A DNA stretch of 64,000 nt from an uncultured SAR86 cluster bacterium (GCA_902570035.1 CACFWO010000006.1:33056-97055), one strand, 5' to 3'; numbered from the stretch's first letter, positions 19,880-30,800 are shown. Notes: generated by a model from the sequence alone, not told the origin. Numbers and translations are program-made.

Positions 19880-20293
19880 TTATCCCTGCTCTTCTGTGAT
19901 TGTGATTACAGTAGGAGAGCAGTTATCGATCTGCAAGGTTTCTATTTGTTCGAGTAATAATTGAAGTCTTCTAAACTCGTACACAGCTGGATTCACAGAT
20001 TCAGAACCAACCCCAAAATAATTTTTACCACTCAGAGGATTATTTGTCCTAAATCCAAAAAAAACAGATGACACATTTCTATCCGCTTCGTTAACTAACT
20101 TGTCAGCAAGATCTTCTACAATATTAGAAACTCTTACAGATTCTTCTGATAATTCAATACAGTTCAACAGTGTTGGATCAAAATCAAAGTGCAGATTCAA
20201 TGGTTCAGGTGTTTGATACCAGAAGATGGGTTTTGCACAACCAACAGCAAACGTTAATAATAAAAGTAAAGAAATGCGGAATGATTTTTTCAT
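19880..20293 (-). CDS. Hypothetical lipoprotein
   Basis: MKKSFRISLLLLLTFAVGC lipobox; TATAAT and a GAGGA RBS upstream. Confidence 0.7.
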   Translation of the reverse strand: MKKSFRISLLLLLTFAVGCAKPIFWYQTPEPLNLHFDFDPTLLNCIELSEESVRVSNIVEDLADKLVNEADRNVSSVFFGFRTNNPLSGKNYFGVGSESVNPAVYEFRRLQLLLEQIETLQIDNCSPTVITITEEQG

Positions 20294-20345
20294 AAATCCT
20301 CAGCTGACATTATATCTAATTTAGTAAACTTGAGAACAAAGAATA

Positions 20346-21500
20346 TTATTTTTTATCCTCAGCTTCATTATTGATTACCGCAGAAGCATGCACTTCATTT
20401 TCATCCATAATGCCATCTGAGCCACCTGATTCAACATATATTGACCTTGAAGGGAAGGCAAATTCACTTCCACTGGATCTAACTATATCAATTACTGAAT
20501 AAACAAGATCTTGCTTGATGGTTGAGAACTCAGTGAAGTTACAGGGATTAGTAAAACATAATATTTGGACGTCAATAGAGCTTGAATTAAAGGCGACAGT
20601 TTTTGCAAAGGATTCTTGCTTTACGTTTTCCACCAGTCCTTCATAGTCCATTATAAACTCATCAATTTTCGAGCATATTACTTTGAGTTGCTCGAGAGTT
20701 GTCGAATAAACAAGGTTTATTTTCCAATCTATTCTTCTGTGATACATCTCACCGTGATTGATAACTTTTACATCAGATAAATCTTTATTGGGAATGATCA
20801 TAGGAGAGGTATTGAAAAGTCTTATGACTGTTGATCTAAATCCTATTTTATCAACCATTCCGTGAAGATGACCCTCCACTTCAATTCTATCGCCTGGCTG
20901 AAATCTATTCTCAGCAATTATTAAAATTCCGGAGATTAAATTCTTGAAAAGATCTTGAGCACCTAAGGCAACTGCAACTGAGAATAACCCCAAACCTGCA
21001 ATAATGGGCCCTATTTGAATTCCAAATATATCTAAAATTATTGCAAAGCCTATGACCCAAATTAAAACTCTTATGGCTTTTTCAAGCCACATTGTCATTG
21101 CGGCGGTTAAAATGCTGGTGCCAGTTAGCATGGAAAAGAGGGGTGAAACACTGTTGGTAAAAACGCTAAAAATTGTGAAAGCTAGCGATGCTTTGACTAA
21201 ATTTTCTATGAACAAACCCAGTGATCCTGATAAAGGCAAATAAATACTTATTAAGTAAAGAGCAAGCGTTATAGGAACATAACCCACTGGTTTCCTGAGG
21301 GACTCAAATACAACATCATCAACTTCTGTTTCTGTATTGTCAGCAACTGATTCCAACCACTTAAAAAATCTACTGACGATGAATGCTCTTAGCAAAAGAG
21401 CAATAACCAAAATTCCGATGGATATAAAAAGTTCTGTTAGACCGATTCCTAAAAGACCCTCTTCCCAAACTTCTTTAAAAATATTAAAAAATCCGTCCAT
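20346..21500 (-). CDS. Small-conductance mechanosensitive channel (MscS family)
   Basis: GLGLFSVAVALGAQD, NLISG, FQPGDRI, IGFRST, IPN, FAFPSRS. Confidence 0.92.
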   Translation of the reverse strand: MDGFFNIFKEVWEEGLLGIGLTELFISIGILVIALLLRAFIVSRFFKWLESVADNTETEVDDVVFESLRKPVGYVPITLALYLISIYLPLSGSLGLFIENLVKASLAFTIFSVFTNSVSPLFSMLTGTSILTAAMTMWLEKAIRVLIWVIGFAIILDIFGIQIGPIIAGLGLFSVAVALGAQDLFKNLISGILIIAENRFQPGDRIEVEGHLHGMVDKIGFRSTVIRLFNTSPMIIPNKDLSDVKVINHGEMYHRRIDWKINLVYSTTLEQLKVICSKIDEFIMDYEGLVENVKQESFAKTVAFNSSSIDVQILCFTNPCNFTEFSTIKQDLVYSVIDIVRSSGSEFAFPSRSIYVESGGSDGIMDENEVHASAVINNEAEDKK

Positions 21501-22933
21501 TAATTCCTCAAGACTAATGCGCCGTCATCAATTTTCTTGAATTTAATATCAAAAAGATCTTGAAAATAATTTTGATTATTTCTCCAAGGAGATTTTTCAC
21601 CTTGTTTTGGAAATAAATGCATTGACCTCATCAAATAACCTGAAGAAAAACCATTTAGCCAATCATCCTCTGTAACTTGGATATCTGGATCTGGTAATGA
21701 ATGAGTTATTTTATTTTCATCCATATAATTAATTAACTTGCACATGAATTCACATGTTAGATCAGATCTTAGCGTCCAAGATGCATTAATGTATCCAAAA
21801 GAATTAATCAGGTTAGGCACGCCTGTGTACATCATTCCTTTGTAAGCAACTGTATTAGGCATATCAATATCTCGATTATCAACTTTCACATCAGCTCCAC
21901 CTAAAAATTGCATTCGTAGCCCAGTAGCAGTAACAATAATATCTGCTTGGATTTCTTCTCCTGATTCCATTTTAATACCTGTCTCTGTAAACGAGCCTAT
22001 ATGACCAGTAATAACAGATGCTCTTTTTTCGTTTATGGCATTAAATAAGTCACCCTCTGGCAGAGCACAAATTCTTTGATCCCATGGATTGTAGGTTGGA
22101 GTGAAGTGTTTATCTACGTATTCATCAGGTAAATGTTTTCTCACTTCATCTAAAAGAAGATTCTTAACTCTTTCTGGATTTTTCTTGCTGTGTTTGAAAA
22201 GTGTTTGCTGTAGCCAAACATTCCTAGTTCTCACAATTTTATATGCCAACGAATGGGGAAGAATCTTTTTTAGAAAAGCACCGAATGCATTAACTTCAGG
22301 CACAGGAAAATAATAAGTTGGCGATCTTTGAATCATGTAAACATGATTAGCTTTCTCAGCTAACGCTGGAACGACAGTTGCAGCCGTGGCGCCACTTCCA
22401 ATGACAGCAACAGTTTTATTTTCATAGTCTAAATCTTCAGGCCAATGTTGGGGATGGATTTTTATTCCTTTATACGAATCTGATCCTTTAAAATCAGGAA
22501 GATAGCCTTTTTCATAGTTGTAATATCCAGTGCCCATAAAAACAAATTTCGCTTTGATCTGCTTTTCTCCTTCAGGTGTTTCTAAATCAAGCGTCCAACA
22601 AGCTTCATTAGAATTCCATTCTAGAGACGTCAGTTTAGTGTTGAAGCTAATTTTGTCTCTGAAATGATATTCATCAATAGTCTCATCTAAATATCTTAGG
22701 ATTGACGATCCATCAGCAAGGGTTTTGTCTTCCTTCCATGGTTTGAAGGAGTAACCCATCGTATACATATCGGAATCTGATCTAATTCCTGGGTATTTGA
22801 ACAAGTCCCAAGTTCCACCAATATTTTTCCTTGATTCGATAATTTGAAAACTCTTATTTGGACATTTCATTGTCAAATAAGAAGCTGCACCTATCCCAGA
22901 GATACCTGCGCCTATAACTGCTACATCAATCAT
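21500..22933 (-). CDS. Flavin-containing monooxygenase (EthA/AlmA-like BVMO)
   Basis: GAGISG, GGTWDLFKYPGIRSDSD, HPQHWP fingerprint, VIGSGATA, QRSPTY, GYINASWTL. Confidence 0.92.
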   Translation of the reverse strand: MIDVAVIGAGISGIGAASYLTMKCPNKSFQIIESRKNIGGTWDLFKYPGIRSDSDMYTMGYSFKPWKEDKTLADGSSILRYLDETIDEYHFRDKISFNTKLTSLEWNSNEACWTLDLETPEGEKQIKAKFVFMGTGYYNYEKGYLPDFKGSDSYKGIKIHPQHWPEDLDYENKTVAVIGSGATAATVVPALAEKANHVYMIQRSPTYYFPVPEVNAFGAFLKKILPHSLAYKIVRTRNVWLQQTLFKHSKKNPERVKNLLLDEVRKHLPDEYVDKHFTPTYNPWDQRICALPEGDLFNAINEKRASVITGHIGSFTETGIKMESGEEIQADIIVTATGLRMQFLGGADVKVDNRDIDMPNTVAYKGMMYTGVPNLINSFGYINASWTLRSDLTCEFMCKLINYMDENKITHSLPDPDIQVTEDDWLNGFSSGYLMRSMHLFPKQGEKSPWRNNQNYFQDLFDIKFKKIDDGALVLRN

Positions 22934-22951
22934 AATATTCCTTATTTAGTA

Positions 22952-23314
22952 TTAATCCTCTATGGGAAAACCTGAAGACTGCCATTCAGAGATTCCGCCT
23001 TTCAAAGATGAAACTTGATTATAACCCATACGTTTTATGCTTTCGCAAGCTAAAACCGACCTAAAACCTGATTGACAATAAATAATAAGCTTGGTGTCTC
23101 GATCGGGGATGTTTGCTTCAACCATTTTTTCGATCAATCCTTTACTCATATGGACGGAATTAGGAATTCTAGAAGCATCCCATTCTTCCCTTTCTCTACT
23201 ATCGATTAGAATAAAATCCTCTTCGTTATCTTTGGCATGTTTTAGTTGAATACAATCCACCTCATCAACATTTACCAGCGCTTCTTCAACTATATCTAAA
23301 AATGATTTTTTCAT
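22952..23314 (-). CDS. Single-domain rhodanese-like protein
   Basis: LIDSRE, IIYCQSGFRS active-site loop, SLKGGISEW. ATG 23314 overlaps the upstream TGA. Confidence 0.88.
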   Translation of the reverse strand: MKKSFLDIVEEALVNVDEVDCIQLKHAKDNEEDFILIDSREREEWDASRIPNSVHMSKGLIEKMVEANIPDRDTKLIIYCQSGFRSVLACESIKRMGYNQVSSLKGGISEWQSSGFPIED

Positions 23315-23514
23315 TTGAACCAACAAATTTTTGCAGCTTGCTCTTCAGATTCTACGACACAACCATCTTCATGAGAATAAATAATCACACCGACAATAAT
23401 TCCAATGGAGATGGAGAGTGCTATAGCGATAGATTTGCCAAATTTCCTCGTTAGATAGGTAACTAACATGGAAGTGACCAACACAATTCCAATACCAAGA
23501 ATTAATCTAATCAT
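23311..23514 (-). CDS. Small membrane protein (2 TM)
   Basis: 67 aa with two hydrophobic segments; overlap-coupled to both neighbours. Confidence 0.65.
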   Translation of the reverse strand: MIRLILGIGIVLVTSMLVTYLTRKFGKSIAIALSISIGIIVGVIIYSHEDGCVVESEEQAAKICWFK

Positions 23515-23716
23515 TTATATATTTTTTTTTCAGTACTCGAACCAAATAGTAGATGGGAGAGAGGATTAAAAAGCATATAAGAAATTCCAAAGTAGCATTC
23601 AATGTCATGAAATCTCTAAAAGCTTGAATAAAAAATAAACTGCCAAAGCCCATAATTCCATAGATAAAAAAGAGAAGGTAATCTATTTTTTTTAAGAAAC
23701 TAAATAAACTCGACAT
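23507..23716 (-). CDS. Small membrane protein (2 TM)
   Basis: 69 aa with two hydrophobic segments and a basic tail; TAAAAT 7 nt upstream of the ATG. Confidence 0.6.
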   Translation of the reverse strand: MSSLFSFLKKIDYLLFFIYGIMGFGSLFFIQAFRDFMTLNATLEFLICFLILSPIYYLVRVLKKKYIND

Positions 23717-23770
23717 ATGAGTTATTTTACCTGTAAGTTACTAACTAGAATAAAAAAATACAGAATTATT

Positions 23771-24547
23771 ATGAACTTAGAAAAACTAAATGACTTGGTA
23801 TTTGAGTTAAAAGATCATACTGCCTACATAAAAATAAATAGGCCGCCAAATAATTTTTTTGATGCAGAATTGATAGGCGAAATTGCCGATGTCCTCGAAG
23901 AGATGGACAAAAATGATGAATGCAGATCAATCATACTTTATTCCGAAGGCAAACATTTTTGTGCGGGAGCAGATTTCACCAGATCATCTATGAAGGAAGA
24001 GTCAGATCCTTATGAAAAGTTATATCAACAAGCTGTCAGATTGTTCAGAACAAAGAAACCAATTATTGGAGTCATTCAAGGTGCTGCCGTTGGCGGTGGA
24101 CTTGGCGTTTCTTTGGCATGTGATTTTAGAGTTGCCTGTCATGAATCAAGATTTAGTGCAAATTTTGCAAAGTTAGCTTTTCATCAAGGCTTCGGGACGA
24201 CAATTACGTTGCCAAGAGTTGTAGGTCACCAAAAGGCTGCTCTAATGTTGTTAACTGGTAGAAGAATCACTGGCGATGAGGCTTTAGATATTGGATTAGC
24301 TGATTATTTAGTATCCAAAGAAGAGTTAATGTCTTCAGCAGAGAATTTAGCTCATGAAATTAATTCGGCTGGTCCGCTTGGAGTTCAGGCCATAAGGTCA
24401 ACAATCAAAGAAGGTTTGGCTGATGAAATTGAGAAAATTACTCAGTGGGAACTATCTGAGCAAAATAGATTAAGAGAAACTGATGATTTCAAAGAAGGAA
24501 TAAAAGCATCTCTCGACAGGAGAGAACCTATCTTTAAATCTAAATAA
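23771..24547 (+). CDS. Enoyl-CoA hydratase/isomerase family protein
   Basis: INRPP, FCAGAD, GAAVGGG, CDFR, DFKEG. ATG 23771 is the more plausible start. Confidence 0.92.
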   Translation: MNLEKLNDLVFELKDHTAYIKINRPPNNFFDAELIGEIADVLEEMDKNDECRSIILYSEGKHFCAGADFTRSSMKEESDPYEKLYQQAVRLFRTKKPIIGVIQGAAVGGGLGVSLACDFRVACHESRFSANFAKLAFHQGFGTTITLPRVVGHQKAALMLLTGRRITGDEALDIGLADYLVSKEELMSSAENLAHEINSAGPLGVQAIRSTIKEGLADEIEKITQWELSEQNRLRETDDFKEGIKASLDRREPIFKSK

Positions 24548-25016
24548 TTGACTTAATTTTTAGTTTGATATCGAAGGGATAAGGAGCACTTAAATCATGA
24601 TCCTTTTTCATGTCCGCCATAGTTTTGAAAATTTCATCTGGCATTTCAGATGATTTCCTAATCGACATATCAATGTGAATTTCAACAGTTTCCACCAAAG
24701 CAGCAACCTCATCATTCTCTTTACAGATAGCGCAGACATAATGATAAAGCTTTTTATTAACGTTCAGCATACGAAAACGAGGAGTTAGTATCTCGTCTTT
24801 GAGACATTCTTTAAGGTAACTAATATTTTGTTCGATAGTAAATGAAGAATATCCCTTGGAAATATAATCTTCTCCAAATCCAAGGCTATGATAAAAATTA
24901 CCTTCGTAGTCCATAGGAATTGTTTGATAGAACCTGACGTTCATATGACCATTCATGTCGCACATTTCATCAGTGACTGTTACCGAACCACCAGGAGTAG
25001 GAAAAATATCTCTCAT
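24540..25016 (-). CDS. Hotdog-fold thioesterase family protein
   Basis: DMNGHMNV motif; 158 aa. Confidence 0.8.
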   Translation of the reverse strand: MRDIFPTPGGSVTVTDEMCDMNGHMNVRFYQTIPMDYEGNFYHSLGFGEDYISKGYSSFTIEQNISYLKECLKDEILTPRFRMLNVNKKLYHYVCAICKENDEVAALVETVEIHIDMSIRKSSEMPDEIFKTMADMKKDHDLSAPYPFDIKLKIKSII

Positions 25017-25056
25017 AAAATTATTACGTTAGTTAAAAATGAATCGTTAATATTAT

Positions 25057-26541
25057 GTGGTGCAGAATAATCTATTAATTGTCTTAGGAAATCAATTATT
25101 TCCGTTAGAAGAACTAAAAAAATATAACTTTAATCATGTATTGATGATTGAAGACTATGATCTATGCACTTACGTTAAACATCACAAATCAAAAATTCTA
25201 ATGTTTTTGACCTCGATGCGTGAATATAGAGATTCTCTTCTTTCATTGGACAAAACCGTCCATTACATAGAGTTAACGGAGAATAAAAAAAGTTACTTAG
25301 ATAACTTCGCGGATGTAATCAGGAAAAATAAAATTGAGAAGTTATACTTTTTTGAGCCTGCAGATAAAGCATTTAAAGAACAACTCTATGCATTTTTAGA
25401 GACCAAAAATTTGGATTATGAAGAACTACATAATCCTATGTTCATTCTTCAAAAAGGTGAGTTCAGAGACCTCATGGACGGTAAAAGACTTTTTATGGCT
25501 GACTTTTATAAAAAAATGAGAAAAAAGCTAAATATTTTGATGAGTGACGATAAGCCTATTGGAGGTAAATGGTCGTTTGATGAAGAAAATCGTAAAAAGT
25601 TACCTAAAGGTCTATCTATTCCAAAAATTCCAAAAATAAAAGATTCAATTTATAAAGAAGAAATAAAAAAAATCATCATGGAAAATTTTTCTAATCATCC
25701 TGGGGGACTTGATGGTATGAAAATCCCCTGCAACAGAAACGAAGCAAAAAAATGGTTGAAATCTTTTTTGGAGGAGCGGTTTTCACTTTTTGGCGATTAC
25801 GAGGATGCAATAGATACAAACGAAACTTTTTTGTTTCATTCTCTGCTTAGCCCCATTTTAAATATCGGATTGATAACTCCTGATGAAGTTGTAGATCAGT
25901 CTTTAAATTACGCAAAGAAAAATAACATCCCATTAAATTCTCTTGAAGGATTTATCAGACAAATTATAGGTTGGAGAGAATTTATAAAAGGTGTTTACGA
26001 CCTCAAGGGTGTTGATCAAGAAAATTCTAATTTCTTTAATCACAATAAAAAATTAAAAGATTGCTGGTATGAAGGTTCAACTGGAATTGATCCCTTGGAT
26101 AAAGCAATTAAGGATTCTATCGATCATGGCTATACCCATCATATAAATAGACTCATGCTTATCGCTAACATCATGAACCTAGCAGGAGTGTCGCCCAAAG
26201 AAATTTACACCTGGTTTATGGAAATGTACTTAGATTCATCAGAATGGGTGATGGTTCCAAATGTTTTTGGAATGAGTACTTATGCAGATGCAGGGATTAT
26301 GTCGACTAAACCTTACATTTGTGGTTCGAATTATCTTTTAAAAATGAGTAATTTTAAAAGAGGAGATTGGTGTGAAATCGTAGATGGTTTATATTGGAGT
26401 TTTATTTCCAGGCACAGCGAATTCTTTAAATCTAATCCTAGGTTGTCGTTGATGACAAGATCTTTGGATAAAATGAATAAAGATAAAAAAGAAAGGATTT
26501 TTAATCTTGCTGAAGACTTTATCAGCTCAACGACATACTAG
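25057..26541 (+). CDS. Bacterial cryptochrome/(6-4) photolyase (PhrB/CryB FeS-BCP family)
   Basis: [67 protein letters not shown]. Confidence 0.92.
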   Translation: MVQNNLLIVLGNQLFPLEELKKYNFNHVLMIEDYDLCTYVKHHKSKILMFLTSMREYRDSLLSLDKTVHYIELTENKKSYLDNFADVIRKNKIEKLYFFEPADKAFKEQLYAFLETKNLDYEELHNPMFILQKGEFRDLMDGKRLFMADFYKKMRKKLNILMSDDKPIGGKWSFDEENRKKLPKGLSIPKIPKIKDSIYKEEIKKIIMENFSNHPGGLDGMKIPCNRNEAKKWLKSFLEERFSLFGDYEDAIDTNETFLFHSLLSPILNIGLITPDEVVDQSLNYAKKNNIPLNSLEGFIRQIIGWREFIKGVYDLKGVDQENSNFFNHNKKLKDCWYEGSTGIDPLDKAIKDSIDHGYTHHINRLMLIANIMNLAGVSPKEIYTWFMEMYLDSSEWVMVPNVFGMSTYADAGIMSTKPYICGSNYLLKMSNFKRGDWCEIVDGLYWSFISRHSEFFKSNPRLSLMTRSLDKMNKDKKERIFNLAEDFISSTTY

Positions 26542-26545
26542 TTTC

Positions 26546-26680
26546 TTGAAAAAACCTCTCCCAGAAAAGATATGTAAAACGTGCAATAAACCTTTTTCAT
26601 GGAGAAAAAAATGGGAACGTGAATGGGATAACGTAGTCTTCTGCAGCGAGCGCTGCAGAAGAACTAAAAAGACTAACTAG
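26546..26680 (+). CDS. DUF2256-type small Cys-rich protein (44 aa)
   Basis: Missed by the ORF track. A TTG start 4 nt after the photolyase stop gives [44 protein letters not shown], matching the LPxKxCxxCxxPFxWRKKW...CSxRCR signature. Confidence 0.88.
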   Translation: MKKPLPEKICKTCNKPFSWRKKWEREWDNVVFCSERCRRTKKTN

Positions 26681-27938
26681 GCCTTCCTACGTATACGTCT
26701 GGTGAACCATCTTTAGCTGCTTGTGCTTGATGTTTACCAAGTTCTAATCTGGCAACAGTTCTTCTGTGAACCTCATCAGGACCGTCAGCAAGTCTTAAGG
26801 TTCTCATGCTTGCGTACATTCTGGCTAAAGGCGTATCTTGAGAAACTCCAGCTCCGCCATGAATTTGAATTGCTTTATCGATAACTCTCAAAGCCATATT
26901 TGGAACAGCCACTTTAATTTGAGCAATTTCACTCTTGGCAATTTTGTTACCTACAGTATCCATCATATGAGCAGCGTTTAGAGTAAGTAATCTGCAGCTG
27001 TCGATTTCGATACGGCAATCTGCAATGACATCATAGTTTCCTCCTAACTCAGCAAGAGGCTTGCCAAATGCCTCTCGATTTGTAGCTCTCTCACAGAGAA
27101 TATCTAAAGCTCTTTCGGCAACACCAATTGTTCTCATGCAGTGATGAATTCTTCCTGGACCAAGTCTTCCTTGAGCTATTTCAAAACCCCTACCTTCACC
27201 TAAAAGTAGATTTTCTTTAGGAACTTTCACGTCTGTAAATCTCAAATGACCGTGTCCATGTGGGGCATCATCTGAACCAAAGACATTCATCATTCTTAAA
27301 ATTTCGATTCCAGGGGTATCCATAGGAACAAGAATTTGTGATTGTCTCTGATGTTTCGGGTTGTCTGGGTTAGTTACGCCCATGAAGACAAGAATCTTAC
27401 AGCGAGGATCCCCAGCACCAGAAGTCCACCATTTTTCACCGTTGATGACGTAATGATCTCCAGCATCAACAATTGAACTAGAAATATTAGTTGCATCAGA
27501 AGATGCAACATTTGGCTCAGTCATGGCAAACGCTGATCTGATCTCACCATTAAGCAATGGTTCTAACCATAATTTTTTGTGCTCATCATTTCCATATCTT
27601 TCTATTACTTCCATGTTTCCTGTATCAGGAGCCGAGCAATTAAATACCTCAGAAGCAATGCCGCTTCTGCCCATTAATTCAGCTAAAGGTGCATATTCAA
27701 GGTTAGTCAATCCAAACCCATAAGAACTCTCAGGTAAAAAGAAATTCCAAAGCCCTTCTGCTCTAGCTTTCTTTTTAAGTTCTTCTACAATTGGAACAAC
27801 TTGCCAAGGATTACCTTCGTCTCTAAAAGCTTGCATTTGTTCTGCATAAACAGCTTCTGCTGGATAAATATTGTCATCCATAAATTTAGATACCCTAGCT
27901 AATAAGTCTTTTACTTTGTCAGAATTTTCAAAGTTCAT
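26673..27938 (-). CDS. Acyl-CoA dehydrogenase (ACAD10/11-like bacterial group)
   Basis: [48 protein letters not shown]; GAGGAG RBS. Confidence 0.95.
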   Translation of the reverse strand: MNFENSDKVKDLLARVSKFMDDNIYPAEAVYAEQMQAFRDEGNPWQVVPIVEELKKKARAEGLWNFFLPESSYGFGLTNLEYAPLAELMGRSGIASEVFNCSAPDTGNMEVIERYGNDEHKKLWLEPLLNGEIRSAFAMTEPNVASSDATNISSSIVDAGDHYVINGEKWWTSGAGDPRCKILVFMGVTNPDNPKHQRQSQILVPMDTPGIEILRMMNVFGSDDAPHGHGHLRFTDVKVPKENLLLGEGRGFEIAQGRLGPGRIHHCMRTIGVAERALDILCERATNREAFGKPLAELGGNYDVIADCRIEIDSCRLLTLNAAHMMDTVGNKIAKSEIAQIKVAVPNMALRVIDKAIQIHGGAGVSQDTPLARMYASMRTLRLADGPDEVHRRTVARLELGKHQAQAAKDGSPDVYVGRPS

Positions 27939-28012
27939 TTTTTTCTCCTCATAAAAAATATATCATTATTAGAGTATACGAAAATTTAAATCCTGACTAC
28001 TGCTCATAATTA

Positions 28013-28858
28013 ATGATTAAATCTATAGATCACATTTTAATAGCTGTTCAAAATCTTGAAGAATCGTCTCTTCAATATGAAAAAATTTTAGGTCTCAAAC
28101 CTACTTGGCGAGGTAAACATCCTAATCTTGGAACTGAAAATATCCTGTTCCCTCTGGAGAATCTTTATTTAGAGTTGATTGCCGGAACTTCACAAGGATT
28201 TTTAGCAGATCAAGTTAACGACCACATCAAGGAAAATGGAGAAAGTATCTTTGGTATCGCATTGGAAGTTGGGAATATTGAAGGAGTTCTTCAATCTGAG
28301 GAATACTCTAATTTTCAAAACATAGAAATCACATCTGGCGAGGGAATTAATTTAGATTCAGGCGCTAAAAGAGAATGGAAAAATATTATGCTCCCACAAG
28401 AATCTACTCGTGGAGTCTTTACTCTCCTTATAGAGCACACCTCAGGAGTTCTTCCTAAATATAAATCATTTGATAACGATCAAATTGAACGTCTCGATCA
28501 TATTGTAATTAACTCTAATGATCCAGATGGATTAATAGAGCTTTACAGAGATACTCATGGAATCAGACTCGCTTTGGATCAATATGTTGAAAAATGGGGA
28601 GGAAGAATGTTGTTTTTTAGAACGAATCAAACGACGATTGAAGCCATTGGAATTAAAAACGATGCAGATAAACCGATTGATAAAGCCTGGGGTTTAGCTT
28701 GGACAACCAAAGATATAAAAAAAACGCATGCTAGATTGGTATCGGAGGGGGTAGAAATTTCAGAAGTGAAAGATGGGAGAAAACCAAATACCCTCGTTGC
28801 TACTATAAAGTCTCACACTTGCAACATACCTACTCTACTAATTGAGCACTTGAAGTAA
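28013..28858 (+). CDS. Two-domain VOC/glyoxalase family protein
   Basis: Two VOC modules: IDHILIAV...YLELI and LDHIVIN...TIE...LLIE. Confidence 0.8.
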   Translation: MIKSIDHILIAVQNLEESSLQYEKILGLKPTWRGKHPNLGTENILFPLENLYLELIAGTSQGFLADQVNDHIKENGESIFGIALEVGNIEGVLQSEEYSNFQNIEITSGEGINLDSGAKREWKNIMLPQESTRGVFTLLIEHTSGVLPKYKSFDNDQIERLDHIVINSNDPDGLIELYRDTHGIRLALDQYVEKWGGRMLFFRTNQTTIEAIGIKNDADKPIDKAWGLAWTTKDIKKTHARLVSEGVEISEVKDGRKPNTLVATIKSHTCNIPTLLIEHLK

Positions 28859-28866
28859 ATTGACTT

Positions 28867-28951
28867 TGGTGCGGATAGAGGGAGTCGAACCCCCACACCT
28901 TTCGGCACTAGAACCTAAATCTAGCGTGTCTACCAGTTCCACCATATCCGC
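28867..28951 (-). tRNA. tRNA-Leu(TAG)
   Basis: GCGGATA/TATCCGC acceptor stem, CTAGA-TTTAGGT-TCTAG anticodon arm, long variable arm, GGTTCGAC, CCA. Confidence 0.96.
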
Positions 28952-28969
28952 GTAGAAAGTTAATATAAA

Positions 28970-29599
28970 TTATTTATCCTCTAAAGCAATCTCCAAACTG
29001 CTGAGGTCTGCTTGAATTCGAACTAATGCCTCACTTATCTGTTCTCTGAAAGCCATATTAGATTTATTTGCCTCTTCAATTTCCGTTATTTTGGATTCGA
29101 GTTGATCAAAGGAATTATCTGCACCTGATATTCTTGCCACGAGTTTTCTTGTTTTATCTAGAGATAATGCAAGCCTTTTCAAAGACTCCTCATTCAATAT
29201 AGATTTTTTGACCATGTCATCTGATTGTTCTTGGAGTGTTTCCAAAGATTTCATGGTGGTTTCTATGTTTCTTCTGTTTCTTTTATTACTTAAATCCCAG
29301 AGTTTTCTGATTTCAAAGTTTGCATCTTTTAAATTTTGCTCCAGAGATTTCAATGTTATCTGAGAAGTTTCTCCAAGGTCTGCTTGGTTTTTTTCCATAG
29401 TTGAAAGCCTTAGGTTAACGTCTGATATCTCTTTTTGGAGTTTGTTTTGGTTCAAACTTATAAAAACTGTACTTAAAATTACTACAACTATAAGTATTAG
29501 AGGGACCAAAAGATTCGATAAACTTATCGAAGAAGATGCAGAAATCTTTCTTGATGACAGATCTTTATAAGGTCTAATATTTTTAGAATTATTTTCCAT
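28970..29599 (-). CDS. Hypothetical membrane-anchored coiled-coil protein
   Basis: One TM segment (LLVPLILIVVVILSTVFI) followed by heptad-rich sequence with an EIRKLW motif. Confidence 0.7.
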   Translation of the reverse strand: MENNSKNIRPYKDLSSRKISASSSISLSNLLVPLILIVVVILSTVFISLNQNKLQKEISDVNLRLSTMEKNQADLGETSQITLKSLEQNLKDANFEIRKLWDLSNKRNRRNIETTMKSLETLQEQSDDMVKKSILNEESLKRLALSLDKTRKLVARISGADNSFDQLESKITEIEEANKSNMAFREQISEALVRIQADLSSLEIALEDK

Positions 29600-29676
29600 A
29601 TATAAGTTATATGGGATTACATTCTAATGATAGATGGTTACAATGAAATGTTTTTTTTGAGAAATATGGAGGAGAT

Positions 29677-30786
29677 ATGAATTTTGAATTTTCCGATGAC
29701 CAGTTAGTCATGAAAGAAGAAGTGAGAAAACTTTTCGAAAAAGAAGATTCCGTTAAAAGGAATAGAAGTATTTTAGAAGGCGATGAAAATTTTGATAAAG
29801 ATCTATGGAATAAAGTTGTTGAGATGGGTCTTACAGCTGTAACAATTCCTGAAGAACACGGCGGTATTGGGCTTGGATTTCTTGAGCTTTGTGTGGTCGC
29901 TGAGGAAATGGGAAGAGCAATAGCTCCAATCCCATATTCTTCCAGTGTTTATTTAGCTACCACAGCGATTATAAACTCGTCTAATGATGACGTAAAAAAA
30001 GAATACCTGCCAAAACTTGCCGCTGGTGAGATGATTGGAACATTTGCACACTCTGAAGAACTAGGAACACCCACATCTGATAATGCTAAAACAATTTTTC
30101 AAAATGGAAAGTTGAGTGGAGAAAAAATAGCGGTCCCAGACGGCGACATTGCTGATCTTTTTGTTGTTTCAGCTAAATCTGGTGATAAGGTTGGACTTTT
30201 TTTAGTAGATGCCGACAGCAAAGGTGTGGAAGTTTCAAAAGCCGAGTGTTTTGATGGTTCGCGTTCCTATGCAAACATGAGTTTTAAAGATGTAGATGCA
30301 AAAATTATTGAAGATTCTTCCTCAGAAGCAATAGATAAGCTTTTAAATCAAGCAGCTGTCTTATTTGCATTTGAACAAGTTGGGGGAGCTGAAGCATCAA
30401 TGAACATGGCAAAAGAATACGCTATGGGAAGATACGCCTTTGGTAGGCAAATAGGTTCTTTCCAAGCGATAAAACATAAGCTAGCTGATATGTATATTTC
30501 TCTTACTCTAGCTAGATCTAACTGTTACTTTGGCGCTTGGGCTTTAGGTAACGACGCACCAGAACTTCCTGTTGCTGCTGCGACTGCAAGAGTAAGTGCA
30601 ACAAAAGCTTTTTATGAGTGTTCCAAAGAAAACATCCAGACTCATGGTGGAATGGGTGCAACTTGGGAATTTGATTGTCACCTTTTTTATAGAAGAGCAA
30701 GATTGTTATCTGCTAACATAGGCGGACAAAGTTTATGGAAAGATAAGCTTGTTTCTTCGATTGAAAGAAGTAATTTACCTCAATAA
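29677..30786 (+). CDS. Acyl-CoA dehydrogenase, probable non-catalytic subunit of a heteromeric pair
   Basis: IPEEHGG, RYAFGRQIGSFQAIKH, IQTHGGMG; GGAGG RBS. Confidence 0.9.
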   Translation: MNFEFSDDQLVMKEEVRKLFEKEDSVKRNRSILEGDENFDKDLWNKVVEMGLTAVTIPEEHGGIGLGFLELCVVAEEMGRAIAPIPYSSSVYLATTAIINSSNDDVKKEYLPKLAAGEMIGTFAHSEELGTPTSDNAKTIFQNGKLSGEKIAVPDGDIADLFVVSAKSGDKVGLFLVDADSKGVEVSKAECFDGSRSYANMSFKDVDAKIIEDSSSEAIDKLLNQAAVLFAFEQVGGAEASMNMAKEYAMGRYAFGRQIGSFQAIKHKLADMYISLTLARSNCYFGAWALGNDAPELPVAAATARVSATKAFYECSKENIQTHGGMGATWEFDCHLFYRRARLLSANIGGQSLWKDKLVSSIERSNLPQ

Positions 30787-30800
30787 TTTAGGAGTACTAA

